Shown here: positions 10,455 through 20,995 of the stretch, one piece after another
How positions within the stretch are numbered: the first letter of the stretch is position 1
Layout: the number at the start of each line of letters is the position of its first letter
Assembly: GCA_902595555.1 (NCBI GenBank)
Contig: CACJQM010000005.1
Location: 23,534 to 87,533 of the forward strand
Source of the DNA: an uncultured Bacteroidota bacterium
GTDB lineage: Bacteria; Bacteroidota; Bacteroidia; Flavobacteriales; Flavobacteriaceae
Direction: 5' to 3'
DNA length: 64,000 nt
Notes under the pieces: model-generated
Database searches by the model: none
Told to the model about the DNA's origin: nothing
The model's input: the letters and a program-made list of their open reading frames with translations, nothing else
Made by a program: the position numbers and the translations under genes

Positions 10455-10937
10455 ATGAAAATTGAAATTAGAAAAATTAAAGACAAAGATAATGACAAAA
10501 TAAAACAAGTATTGGTCAGTGTCATGACTGAGTTTGGAGTTCCAGATCATGGTACTGCGCTTCAAGATGAGGAATTAGACAGTATGTCTGATGCATATAA
10601 AACCGAAAATTCTATTTATTATGTTGTTACTGCGGATAATATGGTTTGTGGTGGAGCTGGAATTTCTAAGCTAAAGGGTACAAATAAAAATATTTGTGAA
10701 CTTCAAAAAATGTATTTTTTACCTAAAATTAGGGGTCTAGGTTTAGGGTCAAAACTCATAAAGAAGTGTCTTTATTTTGCAAAGAAAAAGGATTATAATC
10801 TTTGTTACATAGAAACTATGTATAATATGAAAGATGCACAGAGACTATACCAAAAAAATGGATTCATTTATATTGACCATCCACTTGGAGATACTGGTCA
10901 CAGTTCATGTCCTGTTTGGATGACACTAGAATTATGA
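10455..10937 (+). CDS. GNAT-family N-acetyltransferase
   Basis: 160 aa. Acetyl-CoA-binding motif LQKMYFLPKIRGLGLGSKLI. Confidence 0.8.
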   Translation: MKIEIRKIKDKDNDKIKQVLVSVMTEFGVPDHGTALQDEELDSMSDAYKTENSIYYVVTADNMVCGGAGISKLKGTNKNICELQKMYFLPKIRGLGLGSKLIKKCLYFAKKKDYNLCYIETMYNMKDAQRLYQKNGFIYIDHPLGDTGHSSCPVWMTLEL

Positions 10938-11773
10938 ACTTAAAGTCTTTCAAAAAATATCTTCATGATGAGCTAAAAGATTTATATTCCTTAGAGGAAT
11001 TAGATTCTCTTTTTTTTATTTTAATAAATTATTATTTAGAAATATCTAAAATTGTATACCTTCAAAATCCTCAAAAACTCTTAAACAAATCAATCCTTAA
11101 AAAAATTTTTAGCAAAATAAAATTGTTAAAAGAAAATATGCCAATTCAATATGTTATTGGAGAAGTCGTTCATAAAAAATTAAAATTTTATTTAAATAAA
11201 AATGTATTAATTCCAAGGCCAGAAACTGAAGAATTATGTAATTGGGTAATATCATCTACAAATAAAAATAATCGTATACTAGATATTGGAACAGGATCTG
11301 GTTTTATAGCAATAATCTTAAAAAAGTTTATTGATGATTGTGAAGTTGAAGCATGGGATATCTCTAATGAGGCCTTGAAAGTAGCCAAAAAAAATGCACA
11401 AACTAACAATGTTAAGATTGATTTTAAACAAGTAGATATTCTTGAGAATAATATTTCATCATCTAGTTTTGATGTTATAGTTTCAAATCCACCTTATGTT
11501 GATTACTCTGAAAAAAATCAGATTAATTCCAGAGTGAAGAATTATGAACCACATGATGCAATTTTTGTTAATCATGATGATAATATGATTTTTTATAAAA
11601 AAATTATAGAAAAATCTGAGAGATTATTAAATAAAAATGGCTTCTTATATTTTGAATCTCATTCATCTAGAATAAATATTTTAGAGAATATGCTAAAGAT
11701 TAATAACTTTAAAAGAATTATAATTAAGGAAGATTTGTTTGGTAAAAAAAGAATGATTTCGGCTCAAAAATGA
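10934..11773 (+). CDS. prmC: release-factor glutamine N5-methyltransferase (PrmC/HemK)
   Basis: SAM motif ILDIGTGSGFIA and catalytic VSNPPYV. I prefer the ATG at 10934 (ATGA overlap with the GNAT stop) over the ORF-track start at 10907. Confidence 0.88.
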   Translation: MNLKSFKKYLHDELKDLYSLEELDSLFFILINYYLEISKIVYLQNPQKLLNKSILKKIFSKIKLLKENMPIQYVIGEVVHKKLKFYLNKNVLIPRPETEELCNWVISSTNKNNRILDIGTGSGFIAIILKKFIDDCEVEAWDISNEALKVAKKNAQTNNVKIDFKQVDILENNISSSSFDVIVSNPPYVDYSEKNQINSRVKNYEPHDAIFVNHDDNMIFYKKIIEKSERLLNKNGFLYFESHSSRINILENMLKINNFKRIIIKEDLFGKKRMISAQK

Positions 11774-13767
11774 ATGTTGAAAATAAAATATTAGAACTCA
11801 GAAATTCATTGCACAGACACAACCACCTGTATTATATGTTGGATAATCCAGAAATCTCTGACTATGAATATGATCAAATGCTAAAAAATCTTGAAGAACT
11901 TGAAAAAGCGCATCCAGAATTTCAAGATTCAAATTCTCCTACACAGAGGGTGGGAAGCTCACTAAATAACGATTTTATTAGTGTTCAACATAATTATCCA
12001 ATGTACTCATTGGAAAATTCTTACACACAAGACGAATTAATTAAATGGAAAGACCGTTTAGTTAAAATATTAAATACAGACAAAATATCCTTTTCTTGTG
12101 AATTGAAACTTGATGGTGTTTCAATTTCTTTGAGTTATCAAAATGGCAGTCTTGTGAGAGGGTTAACAAGGGGAGATGGACAGAAAGGTGATGATGTTAC
12201 CAAAAACATAAGAACCATAAATACAATACCATTAAAAACATTAAAAAAAATTGATTATGATTTTGATATTAGAGGAGAAGTTGTGATTGAAAAAACTGAT
12301 TTTGAACAGTTAAATAAACTGAGGTTAAAAAATGGAGAGGAAGCATATATGAACCCAAGAAATACTGCATCTGGAAGTATTAAATTAGTGAGTAGTAAAG
12401 AGGTAAGAAAAAGACCATTGAAGTGTTATTTTTTTCAAATTATCTCTGAAGAAAGTCCGTTTAAATCTCAATCTGAGTCACTAAGTTTAGCAAAAGAATT
12501 AGGTTTTAACGTTTCAAATACTCACAAGTATTGTAAAAATATTGACGAGGTATTTGATTACATTAATTTTTGGGATAAAGAAAGAAAAAATCTCAATTTT
12601 GAAATCGACGGAATAGTAATTAAAGTAAACAATTTAAAAATGCAAACTGAATTAGGATTTACTTCAAAATTTCCTCGATGGGCTATTGCTTTTAAATTTC
12701 AAACCGAACAAGTAAGCACAAAATTAATTGATGTAACATACCAAGTGGGTCGTACTGGAGCAATAACACCAGTAGCTAATTTAAGTCCTACATTATTAAA
12801 TGGAACAATTGTTAAGAGAGCTTCATTACACAATGAAGAGCAGATAGAAAAACTTGATTTGTATTATGATGATAAAGTTTTTGTTGAAAAGGGTGGTGAA
12901 ATTATACCCAAAATTGTTTCTGTCGATAAAAAGTCCAGAGATATTTTACAAAAAAAGGTAAAGTTTATTCAAGAATGTCCTTATTGTAATACTAAATTAA
13001 AAAAGAATAATGATGAAGCTCAACATTATTGTCTAAATAGTTCAACATGTTACCCTCAAATCGTTGGAAGATTTAAGCATTTTATATCACGTAAGGCGAT
13101 GGATATTGATGGTTTTGGTTCAGAAACTATAGAAAGATTATTAGATAAAAATATTATTAAAAACTTTGATGATATATATAAGATTGAACTCAGTCAATTG
13201 GTGGATTTAGATAGAATGGCACAAAAGTCAGCTGAAAATCTTATTAATGCCATAAATGATTCTAAAAAACAACCATTCAATAAGGTTCTTTTTAGTCTAG
13301 GAATAAGATATGTTGGAGAAACTGTATCTAAGAAACTAGCAAATCATTTTAAATCCATTGATGAACTAATAGATGCCAATTATGATGATATTCTTAACGT
13401 TGATGAAATTGGAGAAAAAATCGCTATGAGTTTGAAAGAATACTTTGGTATGTCATCAAATATTAGACTTATTGAAAGGTTGAAAAATCATAAACTGAAT
13501 TTTTATCAAAATGAAAATGATAAATCTGGCAATTCACTTAAGAATTTATCTTTTGTAGTTACAGGCACATTTGAAAATATAAGTAGAGATAAATTGAAAG
13601 ATATAATAATAAATAATGGAGGAAAAGTTACAAGTGCCGTTTCCTCAAAATCTCAAATTATAGCTGGAAATTCACCAGGACCATCAAAGATGGCTAAAGC
13701 TGATAAGCTTGGATTAAAACCCTTAAATTTTGAAGAATTTATTAGTCTTTATAAAATCGAGATTTAA
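11770..13767 (+). CDS. ligA: NAD-dependent DNA ligase
   Basis: 665 aa. Adenylation lysine motif CELKLDG, Cys4 zinc finger CPYCNTKL...C, HhH repeats and C-terminal BRCT (FVVTGTF). ATGA overlap with prmC. Confidence 0.97.
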   Translation: MNVENKILELRNSLHRHNHLYYMLDNPEISDYEYDQMLKNLEELEKAHPEFQDSNSPTQRVGSSLNNDFISVQHNYPMYSLENSYTQDELIKWKDRLVKILNTDKISFSCELKLDGVSISLSYQNGSLVRGLTRGDGQKGDDVTKNIRTINTIPLKTLKKIDYDFDIRGEVVIEKTDFEQLNKLRLKNGEEAYMNPRNTASGSIKLVSSKEVRKRPLKCYFFQIISEESPFKSQSESLSLAKELGFNVSNTHKYCKNIDEVFDYINFWDKERKNLNFEIDGIVIKVNNLKMQTELGFTSKFPRWAIAFKFQTEQVSTKLIDVTYQVGRTGAITPVANLSPTLLNGTIVKRASLHNEEQIEKLDLYYDDKVFVEKGGEIIPKIVSVDKKSRDILQKKVKFIQECPYCNTKLKKNNDEAQHYCLNSSTCYPQIVGRFKHFISRKAMDIDGFGSETIERLLDKNIIKNFDDIYKIELSQLVDLDRMAQKSAENLINAINDSKKQPFNKVLFSLGIRYVGETVSKKLANHFKSIDELIDANYDDILNVDEIGEKIAMSLKEYFGMSSNIRLIERLKNHKLNFYQNENDKSGNSLKNLSFVVTGTFENISRDKLKDIIINNGGKVTSAVSSKSQIIAGNSPGPSKMAKADKLGLKPLNFEEFISLYKIEI

Positions 13768-14288
13768 TGTTTAAAAAACTATTAAATAAATTAAGAACAA
13801 GATTTTTAGAAAATAAAATAGATGAGTCTATTTCAATTTTAAAATCTTCTCACAGATCTCCAAAAAAACCAATTAAGACAATTGGTTGTATTGTAGATAC
13901 TAATCTTGATTTGGATTATTCTGACATTTTAGATTTAGCAATAGAAATGGGTTTGAAAGAAAAGGACATAAAAATAATTAGTTATTCAAATAGTATTTAT
14001 AATGATCCCTTTTGTAAAATGAGAATATCTGATAAATCTGTCAATTTTTATGGTAATATAATATCCGCTGATGCTGAGGAGTTCACCTCATCTAAATATG
14101 ATATACTTATTAATTATTTTGGAGAAAATAGAATACTGACATTATTGTCATCAAAGACAAATGCAAAATTTAGAGTTGGTTTTGACTGTACTAACCAAAA
14201 TATTAATGATATAATTTTTACTGACATTTTTAATAATTTTGAAAAATTTAAAAAACAATTAATCAAATATTTAAATTACATAAAGTGA
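13767..14288 (+). CDS. hypothetical protein
   Basis: 173 aa. Translationally coupled on both sides (TAATG with ligA, GTGA with dapA). No motif recognised. Confidence 0.6.
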   Translation: MFKKLLNKLRTRFLENKIDESISILKSSHRSPKKPIKTIGCIVDTNLDLDYSDILDLAIEMGLKEKDIKIISYSNSIYNDPFCKMRISDKSVNFYGNIISADAEEFTSSKYDILINYFGENRILTLLSSKTNAKFRVGFDCTNQNINDIIFTDIFNNFEKFKKQLIKYLNYIK

Positions 14289-15262
14289 GCGATTATAATT
14301 TGAAAGGAGACTATAAAATCAACCCATTTATAATTGAAAAAAATGAATCTCCATTTGCTGGTATAGGTGTAGCTGTTGTTACTCCATTTGATGAAGATAA
14401 TAAAATTGATAAGCAGGCCATCTACAGAATTAGTGACCATTTATTTCACAATGGTGTCTCTTATGTAGTTGTTCAAGGTACAACAGGTGAATCCTCAGTC
14501 CTAAGTCCTGATGAAAAAAATGAAGTCAATTCCATTTTTATTGATGCTTTTAAAGATCGCCTTCCTTTAATACTAGGTATAAGTTCTAATGATACAAACT
14601 ATTTAACTCAACAAATTTCAAAAACTGATTTAACAGGATTTGAAGCAATAATGTCAGTTTGTCCTTATTATAACAAACCCTCTCAAGAGGGTTTATATCA
14701 ACATTTTAAAAGTGTATGTGATGTTTCACCAATTCCATTATTATTGTACAATGTCCCTGGAAGAACTTCTTGTGATATATCTAATGAAACAATCATAAGA
14801 TTAAGTGAGTATTCTGATAAAATAATAGGCATAAAAGAGGCATCTGGAGATGTTAAAAGGATAATAGAGTTACGTAAAAAGATCAAAAGAAATTTCCTTA
14901 TTATTTCTGGAGATGATTTCACCATGATTGATGCAGTTAGAAATGGTGCCGATGGGATAATTTCTGTTGCAGGCAATGCCTTTCCATCAATAATGAATAG
15001 TACTTATATATCTTTAATTTGGGAGAATGATAAAAAAGTGCCTAATAACATTAAAGAATTGGGAACTGTAGACTCATCTACTTTTCGATTAAATGATTTT
15101 TTTAATTTAATTTTTGAGGAGGGTAACCCGTCAGGCATAAAATTTGCTTTGCAATGTTTAAATTTGTGTAATGACAAAGTTAGATTACCTTTGACTGGAA
15201 TTTCAGATAATTTAAAAAGTAGAATTTCAAGCTTCATTGATAAAAATAGTTCTGATGAATAA
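14285..15262 (+). CDS. dapA: 4-hydroxy-tetrahydrodipicolinate synthase
   Basis: 325 aa. GIGVAVVTPF, VQGTTGES and the Schiff-base lysine context IIGIKEASGD. The GTG start is uncertain and gives about 20 extra N-terminal residues compared with typical DapA. Confidence 0.9.
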   Translation: MSDYNLKGDYKINPFIIEKNESPFAGIGVAVVTPFDEDNKIDKQAIYRISDHLFHNGVSYVVVQGTTGESSVLSPDEKNEVNSIFIDAFKDRLPLILGISSNDTNYLTQQISKTDLTGFEAIMSVCPYYNKPSQEGLYQHFKSVCDVSPIPLLLYNVPGRTSCDISNETIIRLSEYSDKIIGIKEASGDVKRIIELRKKIKRNFLIISGDDFTMIDAVRNGADGIISVAGNAFPSIMNSTYISLIWENDKKVPNNIKELGTVDSSTFRLNDFFNLIFEEGNPSGIKFALQCLNLCNDKVRLPLTGISDNLKSRISSFIDKNSSDE

Positions 15263-16067
15263 AAATTTAAATAAAATATTTATAGTTTTTTCATTCTTGT
15301 TTTTGAATTCATGTAATGATTTTCAAAAGCTTTTAAGAAATGAGGATGTAAAATTAAAGTATGAGATGGCAGAAAAGTATTATGAAAATGAAGAGTGGAG
15401 AAGAGCTGCTACACTTTTTGAACAAATTCAACCTCAATACAGAGGAAAACCACAAGGAGAAAGAATTACATTTTTTTATGCCAACAGTTTATTAAATAAA
15501 AAGAATTATGTTTTGGCTGCTTTTCAATTTGAAAGTTTCGTAAAATCATATCCTATTAGCCAAAAGGTTGAAGAGGCAGCATTTTTAGGTGCATATTGTT
15601 ATTATAAACAATCACCTAGACACAGCTTAGACCAAGAAGAAACTAGAACTGCGATTGAGAAACTGCAAAATTTTATTAATTATTATCCTTATTCTGAAAA
15701 ACTTTCAGAGGCTAATGATTTAGTACAGGAATTAAGAATCAAATTGGAGTATAAACAATTTGAGATTGCTAAACAGTACAATACAATTAGGGATTATACC
15801 TCAGCCATAAAAGTCCTTAATAGTTTTATATCTGATTATCCAGGAACACCATATCGTGAAGATGCACTTTATTACCTATTTGACTCTTCATATCAATTGG
15901 CTGTTAATAGTGTACCTTCAAGGAGACTAGAAAGACTAAATAATGCAGTAAAAGTATATGATGAGTTAATTAAAGATTATCCTGAAACAAAGTTTATTAG
16001 TGAATCTCAAAAGAAGATAACAGCAATAGAGAAAGAAATTGCTATATTTGCGGCCGACAAGTCATAA
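15255..16067 (+). CDS. bamD: outer-membrane assembly lipoprotein BamD (YfiO-like TPR protein)
   Basis: Lipoprotein signal ...FSFLFLNSCNDF and TPR-like repeats. ATG at 15255 is preferred over TTG at 15237. Conserved position upstream of rpoZ/coaBC in Bacteroidota. Confidence 0.78.
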   Translation: MNKNLNKIFIVFSFLFLNSCNDFQKLLRNEDVKLKYEMAEKYYENEEWRRAATLFEQIQPQYRGKPQGERITFFYANSLLNKKNYVLAAFQFESFVKSYPISQKVEEAAFLGAYCYYKQSPRHSLDQEETRTAIEKLQNFINYYPYSEKLSEANDLVQELRIKLEYKQFEIAKQYNTIRDYTSAIKVLNSFISDYPGTPYREDALYYLFDSSYQLAVNSVPSRRLERLNNAVKVYDELIKDYPETKFISESQKKITAIEKEIAIFAADKS

Positions 16068-16071
16068 AATT

Positions 16072-16395
16072 ATGGATTTTAAAAAAATTAATGCCCCTAC
16101 ATCAACAGTAACTTATGATAGGGATAAGATTGATTCTCAATCTGAAAATATCTACAAAGCAATCTCAATAATTTCAAAAAGAACAATTCAAATAAATGAG
16201 GATATTAAGAAAGAGCTCATAAGTAAACTTGAAGAGTTTGCTACGCCAAGTGAAAATCTAGAAGAAATTTTTGAAAATAAAGAACAAATAGAGGTTTCGA
16301 AATTTTATGAAAAGCTCCCAAAAGCTCATGCCATAGCTATCGACAATTGGTTATCTGAAAAAATATATCACAGAAAGCCCGAAGAAGAAAAGTAA
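16072..16395 (+). CDS. rpoZ: DNA-directed RNA polymerase omega subunit (Rpb6-like, Bacteroidota form)
   Basis: 107 aa from ATG 16072 (the ORF-track start at 16039 overlaps bamD). NIYKAISIISKRTIQIN resembles the omega core helix. Synteny bamD-rpoZ-coaBC supports the call. Confidence 0.65.
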   Translation: MDFKKINAPTSTVTYDRDKIDSQSENIYKAISIISKRTIQINEDIKKELISKLEEFATPSENLEEIFENKEQIEVSKFYEKLPKAHAIAIDNWLSEKIYHRKPEEEK

Positions 16396-16402
16396 GTAGG
16401 AT

Positions 16403-17608
16403 ATGTCAGTTCTTAAGGATAAAAACATCTTACTTGGTGTTTCTGGCGGAATAGCAGCTTATAAATCAATTACGTTACTTAGGTTATTAAAAAAAAATGG
16501 AGCTAACGTTCAAGTTATTTTTACTAGTTCAGCTCACGATTTTGTTACATCACTTACTTTTTCAACTTTATCTGAAAGAAATGTTTTAACGAATTTTTTT
16601 GAAGAAGAAGACGATAACAAAACTTGGAATAATCATGTTGATTTAGCAGAGTGGTCTGATTATTTCCTAATTGTTCCGGCAACATCATCAACTATTTCAA
16701 AAATGGTTTCAGGAAATGCAGACAATCTTCTTGTAGCAACATATTTATCATGTAAATCCCAAGTTTTTTTTGCTCCTGCGATGGATCTAGAAATGTATAA
16801 ATCAATTTCAACTAAAAATAATATTTCAGCACTTCAAGATAAAGGTGATATTTTAATTAAACCTGGTAAAGGTCCTCTTGCAAGTGGGTTATCTGGTGAA
16901 GGAAGAGTTGAAGAACCAGAAAAAATTTTAGAACTACTTAAAAAACACGTTAAAAAAAAACTAATTTTTAATGGAAAATCAATTTTAGTTACAGCTGGTC
17001 CAACATATGAAATGATTGATCCAGTAAGGTTTATTGGTAATTTTTCAAGCGGAAAAATGGGCTTTGAAATTGCAAAACAAGCAAGTACAATGGGTGCCAA
17101 AGTATTTTTAATTTCAGGCCCATCAAATGAAATTGTGGATGACGAAAATATTATTTTAAAAAAAATAATATCTGCGGATCAAATGTACGATGAATGTATC
17201 AAGATTTTTCCTGAAATAGATATTTGTATTATGTCTGCAGCTGTTTCTGACTATAAACCCTTAAAATCATATAAAAATAAACTCAAAAAAAGTTCAACTA
17301 AGTCTTTACAAATAGAATTAAAACAAAATAAGGATATAATTAAAACTTTAGGTTCAATAAAAGATAAAAATCAAAAATTAATTGGCTTTGCGTTAGAGAC
17401 CGATGATGAAATAAAAAATGCTAAAATTAAATTAAAAAATAAAAATCTTGATGCAATTGTATTAAATTCACTAAATATTAATGGGGCAGGATTTAATTCC
17501 GATACAAATAAAATAAGTTTCATAACTTCAACCTTAATTAAAGATTTTCCCTTAAAGAATAAAAGAAATGTTGCTAAAGATGTCTTACTTGAAATATTTA
17601 ATTTATAG
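16403..17608 (+). CDS. coaBC: bifunctional phosphopantothenoylcysteine decarboxylase / phosphopantothenate-cysteine ligase
   Basis: 401 aa. Flavoprotein N-domain LLGVSGGIAAYKS...PAMDLEMY and CoaB domain ...VTAGPTYEMIDPVRFIGNFSSGKMG. Confidence 0.95.
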   Translation: MSVLKDKNILLGVSGGIAAYKSITLLRLLKKNGANVQVIFTSSAHDFVTSLTFSTLSERNVLTNFFEEEDDNKTWNNHVDLAEWSDYFLIVPATSSTISKMVSGNADNLLVATYLSCKSQVFFAPAMDLEMYKSISTKNNISALQDKGDILIKPGKGPLASGLSGEGRVEEPEKILELLKKHVKKKLIFNGKSILVTAGPTYEMIDPVRFIGNFSSGKMGFEIAKQASTMGAKVFLISGPSNEIVDDENIILKKIISADQMYDECIKIFPEIDICIMSAAVSDYKPLKSYKNKLKKSSTKSLQIELKQNKDIIKTLGSIKDKNQKLIGFALETDDEIKNAKIKLKNKNLDAIVLNSLNINGAGFNSDTNKISFITSTLIKDFPLKNKRNVAKDVLLEIFNL

Positions 17609-18479
17609 TGCAATTATATTTAGTCAAATTAATCTTTCGCAAGAATTAAATTGTAATGTTACTGTAAATTATTCACTGGTTAATCAGACAGAATCTAAAA
17701 TTTTCATAGAACTTGAAAATAAGATTAAAGAATTTGTAAACTCAAAGAAATGGACTAATAAAAGCTATAAAGATTTTGAAAAAATTAATTGCTCATTTTT
17801 TATTACAATTTTAGACTATTCTAACAGTTCATTTCGTGTAAATTTTGAAATAAATTCATTCCGACCAGTTCTCAACTCAACCTTTGCTTCCAATAATTTT
17901 TTATTTAGAGATAATGGACTAGATTTTAAATTTGACACAAACCAATCAATCATATTTTCAGAATCTAAATTTGAATCAGATTTATCATCATTGCTTGCAT
18001 TTTATTCTTTAATAATAATTGGATATGATAATGATACATTCTCAAAAAATTCAGGAATGGAAAATTATTTAAATGCAAAAAAAGTATTAGACTTTAGTTC
18101 TAGCTTTTCAAATTCCCAAATGTGGGCACCATCGCATGGCGGTGGAAGAATTAATAAGTTTTGGCTAATTGATAACTTAACTTCGTCAAATTATCAAACA
18201 ATTAAACAAATCAACTATAATTACCACTTGAATGGTCTCGATTTACTTATTGGAGATGAAGTCGAAGCAAAACAAAACATTATAGCTACTTTAAAAAATT
18301 TCCAATCAATAAACAGGTTTAGACCAAACTCACTCTTACAACAAATGTTTTTTCAATCTAAAAGTGATGAAATATTTAATTTATTTTTATTATTTGAAAA
18401 TAAAAGTGAGATTAAAGAGCTCAAAGAATTATTAATTAATGTAGCTCCTTTTTATACAAATAAATGGGAGAAACTATAG
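17580..18479 (+). CDS. DUF4835-like secreted protein (conserved coaBC-recN neighbour in Bacteroidota; possibly T9SS-associated PorD-type)
   Basis: About 299 aa from ATG 17580, with a signal-like N-terminus. The call rests mainly on remembered synteny, not on motifs. Confidence 0.5.
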   Translation: MSYLKYLIYSAIIFSQINLSQELNCNVTVNYSLVNQTESKIFIELENKIKEFVNSKKWTNKSYKDFEKINCSFFITILDYSNSSFRVNFEINSFRPVLNSTFASNNFLFRDNGLDFKFDTNQSIIFSESKFESDLSSLLAFYSLIIIGYDNDTFSKNSGMENYLNAKKVLDFSSSFSNSQMWAPSHGGGRINKFWLIDNLTSSNYQTIKQINYNYHLNGLDLLIGDEVEAKQNIIATLKNFQSINRFRPNSLLQQMFFQSKSDEIFNLFLLFENKSEIKELKELLINVAPFYTNKWEKL

Positions 18480-18490
18480 AATAAAATATT

Positions 18491-20143
18491 TTGTTATTAA
18501 AATTATCCATAAAAAATTATGTTTTAATAGATAATCTAACTATTGGATTCAATAATGGGTTTTCTGTTTTAACAGGTGAAACAGGAACCGGAAAATCAGT
18601 AATATTAGCTGCTTTAAATTTGCTTTCAGGTACAAGAGTTGATCATAAAATTGTGGGTCCTAAATTGAAGAAATGTATTGTCGAAGGAGATTTTAAAATT
18701 AAAAGGGATTTATTCTTTGATTTTTTTGATTCCAATGATTTAGACTATGAGGAAATAACAATTGTTAGAAGAGAGATATTAAATAATGGCAAATCAAGAG
18801 CATTTATAAATGATTCACCAGTAAAATTAGAAATATTAAAAATTTTTTCTGAAAAATTAATAAATATCCATACCCAAAATCAATCACATATCCTTGAGAA
18901 TAATGATATGTTTTATAATCTATTGGATATTTACGCTAATCAGGTTGATAAAGTAAAAATTTATAAAAACTTATTAATTGATTACAATAAAATCAATAAA
19001 GAACTCAATTTACTTAAGATTGATAGAGATAATTTTTTAGGCAATTTAGAGTACAATAAATTCATTTTTGATGAGATTGATAAAATGAATTTAGTTGAAG
19101 GTGAAAAAACAAAATTAGAAGAGTCATTTAATGACATGAGAAATTTTGATAAAATAAGTAATCTTTTAGATGAATTTAAAATGTTTTCATCAATACAAGA
19201 TCAAACTATAAATCAGAGGTTTTTAAAACTTTCAAATACTGCAAAAAAAATAAGTAATTATTCAAATGAGTTTAAAAGTTACAGCGAAAGGTTCAATAAA
19301 TTAAATATCGAAATGGATGATTTATTTATTTCAATTAACAATTACGTTGAAAATTTATCCTTCAATCAAAATGAATTTGAAGATACTCAGAGTAGATTGT
19401 ATAAAATTAATGAACTTGAAAAAAAACATAATGTAGCTTCACTTTCAGAGTTAATTGATAAAAAAAATGAAATTAAAAAGCTTTTAGAAAATTCTGATTA
19501 TCATAATGATAAGATAAGATTACTGGAAAGTGAAATTGAACTTATTAAAAAACAGATGAACAATATCTCAAAAAAAATAAGTTCAGCAAGAAAATTATCA
19601 AAATCTAAGATTCAGGTTGGCATAGAATCAGCATTTAAAAATCTTGCATTGAAAAACTCTAAAATTGATTTTAATCTCACAGAATCTGATGAATTTAATA
19701 AGAATGGTATTAACAACATCGAGGTCTTATACAAGCCAAGTGAACAGTCAAGTCCTAAATTGCTTTCAAAAATTGCCTCTGGTGGAGAAAAATCACGAAT
19801 ATTATTTGCTTTAAAATCTATTTTATCTAAAAAAATTGATTTACCCACATTAGTTTTTGATGAAATTGATTCTGGAACCTCGGGTGAGATTGCAAATGCT
19901 ATTGGTAAGATGATGAAGATTATGGGAAAAAAAATACAAATTATTGCTATAACTCACCTTCCACAGGTTGCTTCATTAGCTGATTATCATTACAAAGTTT
20001 TTAAAATAGAAGGAGAAAAAAATATAAGTACAAATATCAAAAAATTAGATAAGTCAAGCAGAATTAAAGAAATTGCATCTATGATTTCAGGAGAAAATAT
20101 TACAGAATCAGCAATTAATCAAGCACAAGAGTTACTTAAATAA
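18491..20143 (+). CDS. recN: DNA repair protein RecN
   Basis: 550 aa with a TTG start. SMC-like Walker A LTGETGTGKS, long coiled coil, signature SGGEKSR and Walker B LVFDEIDSG. Confidence 0.95.
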   Translation: MLLKLSIKNYVLIDNLTIGFNNGFSVLTGETGTGKSVILAALNLLSGTRVDHKIVGPKLKKCIVEGDFKIKRDLFFDFFDSNDLDYEEITIVRREILNNGKSRAFINDSPVKLEILKIFSEKLINIHTQNQSHILENNDMFYNLLDIYANQVDKVKIYKNLLIDYNKINKELNLLKIDRDNFLGNLEYNKFIFDEIDKMNLVEGEKTKLEESFNDMRNFDKISNLLDEFKMFSSIQDQTINQRFLKLSNTAKKISNYSNEFKSYSERFNKLNIEMDDLFISINNYVENLSFNQNEFEDTQSRLYKINELEKKHNVASLSELIDKKNEIKKLLENSDYHNDKIRLLESEIELIKKQMNNISKKISSARKLSKSKIQVGIESAFKNLALKNSKIDFNLTESDEFNKNGINNIEVLYKPSEQSSPKLLSKIASGGEKSRILFALKSILSKKIDLPTLVFDEIDSGTSGEIANAIGKMMKIMGKKIQIIAITHLPQVASLADYHYKVFKIEGEKNISTNIKKLDKSSRIKEIASMISGENITESAINQAQELLK

Positions 20144-20162
20144 CACTATATTTAAAAAAAAA

Positions 20163-20981
20163 ATGAGTAATAATTTATTAAGAAATAAAAAAGGAATCAT
20201 TTTTGGTGCATTGGATGAGAATTCTATTGCATGGAAGACTGCGGAAAAAATAAAAGCTCAGGGTGGAGAATTTATCCTTACTAATGCACCTGTTGCCCTT
20301 AGAATGGGCAAATTGAATGATTTAGCTAAAAAAACAAACTCTATAGTTGTTGCGGCTGATGCAACTCGTAATGATGATTTAGAAAACTTAATTGATAAAA
20401 CTCTTGAACATTTTAATGGGAAAATTGATTTTGTTTTACACTCAATCGGAATGTCAGTTAATGTTAGAAAAGGAAAACACTACACAGACCTTAATCATGA
20501 TTGGTTGACAAAAGGATGGGATGTTTCAGCAGTTTCATTTCATAAATTAATGCAAGTCCTTTACAATAAAGATGCTATGAATGAATGGGGAAGTATCGTA
20601 GCTCTTTCATATATGGCGGCTCAAAGAGTTTTCCCAGATTACAATGATATGGCCGACAATAAAGCATACCTTGAGTCCATTGCAAGAAGCTTTGGTTATT
20701 TTTTTGGTAAAGAAAAAAAAGTTCGAGTAAATACTATAAGCCAATCACCAACACCAACAACTGCAGGACAAGGGGTTAAAGGCTTTGATGGTTTTATAAA
20801 TTATGCTGAAAAAATGTCTCCACTTGGAAATGCTACAGCAGATGAATGCGCTGATTATACTATAACTCTCTTTTCAGACCTGACAAGAAAAGTAACCCTA
20901 CAAAATTTATTTCATGATGGTGGTTTTAGTAATGTTGGAGTAAGTCAAGAAGTTATTGATATAGTTTCAAAGAATAGTTAA
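20163..20981 (+). CDS. fabI: enoyl-[acyl-carrier-protein] reductase (NADH), FabI
   Basis: 272 aa. FabI-type SDR with ...FVLHSIGMS... and Tyr/Lys active-site spacing (SYMAAQRV...MADNKAYLES). Confidence 0.9.
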   Translation: MSNNLLRNKKGIIFGALDENSIAWKTAEKIKAQGGEFILTNAPVALRMGKLNDLAKKTNSIVVAADATRNDDLENLIDKTLEHFNGKIDFVLHSIGMSVNVRKGKHYTDLNHDWLTKGWDVSAVSFHKLMQVLYNKDAMNEWGSIVALSYMAAQRVFPDYNDMADNKAYLESIARSFGYFFGKEKKVRVNTISQSPTPTTAGQGVKGFDGFINYAEKMSPLGNATADECADYTITLFSDLTRKVTLQNLFHDGGFSNVGVSQEVIDIVSKNS

Positions 20982-20995
20982 TTCATCTTGTTAAA

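Noticed and set aside
10907-10933. Longer N-termini offered by the ORF track for prmC (also 15237 for bamD, 16039 for rpoZ, 21561 for the kinase, 24783 for xerD, 27488 for msrB, 38838 for leuC, 53325 for pyrB, 17568 for the DUF4835-like gene)
   Set aside because: In each case an internal ATG gives the conserved family N-terminus or a proper signal peptide, and it removes or shrinks an overlap with the upstream gene. The longer forms add non-conserved residues. These remain start-site judgement calls without experimental support.
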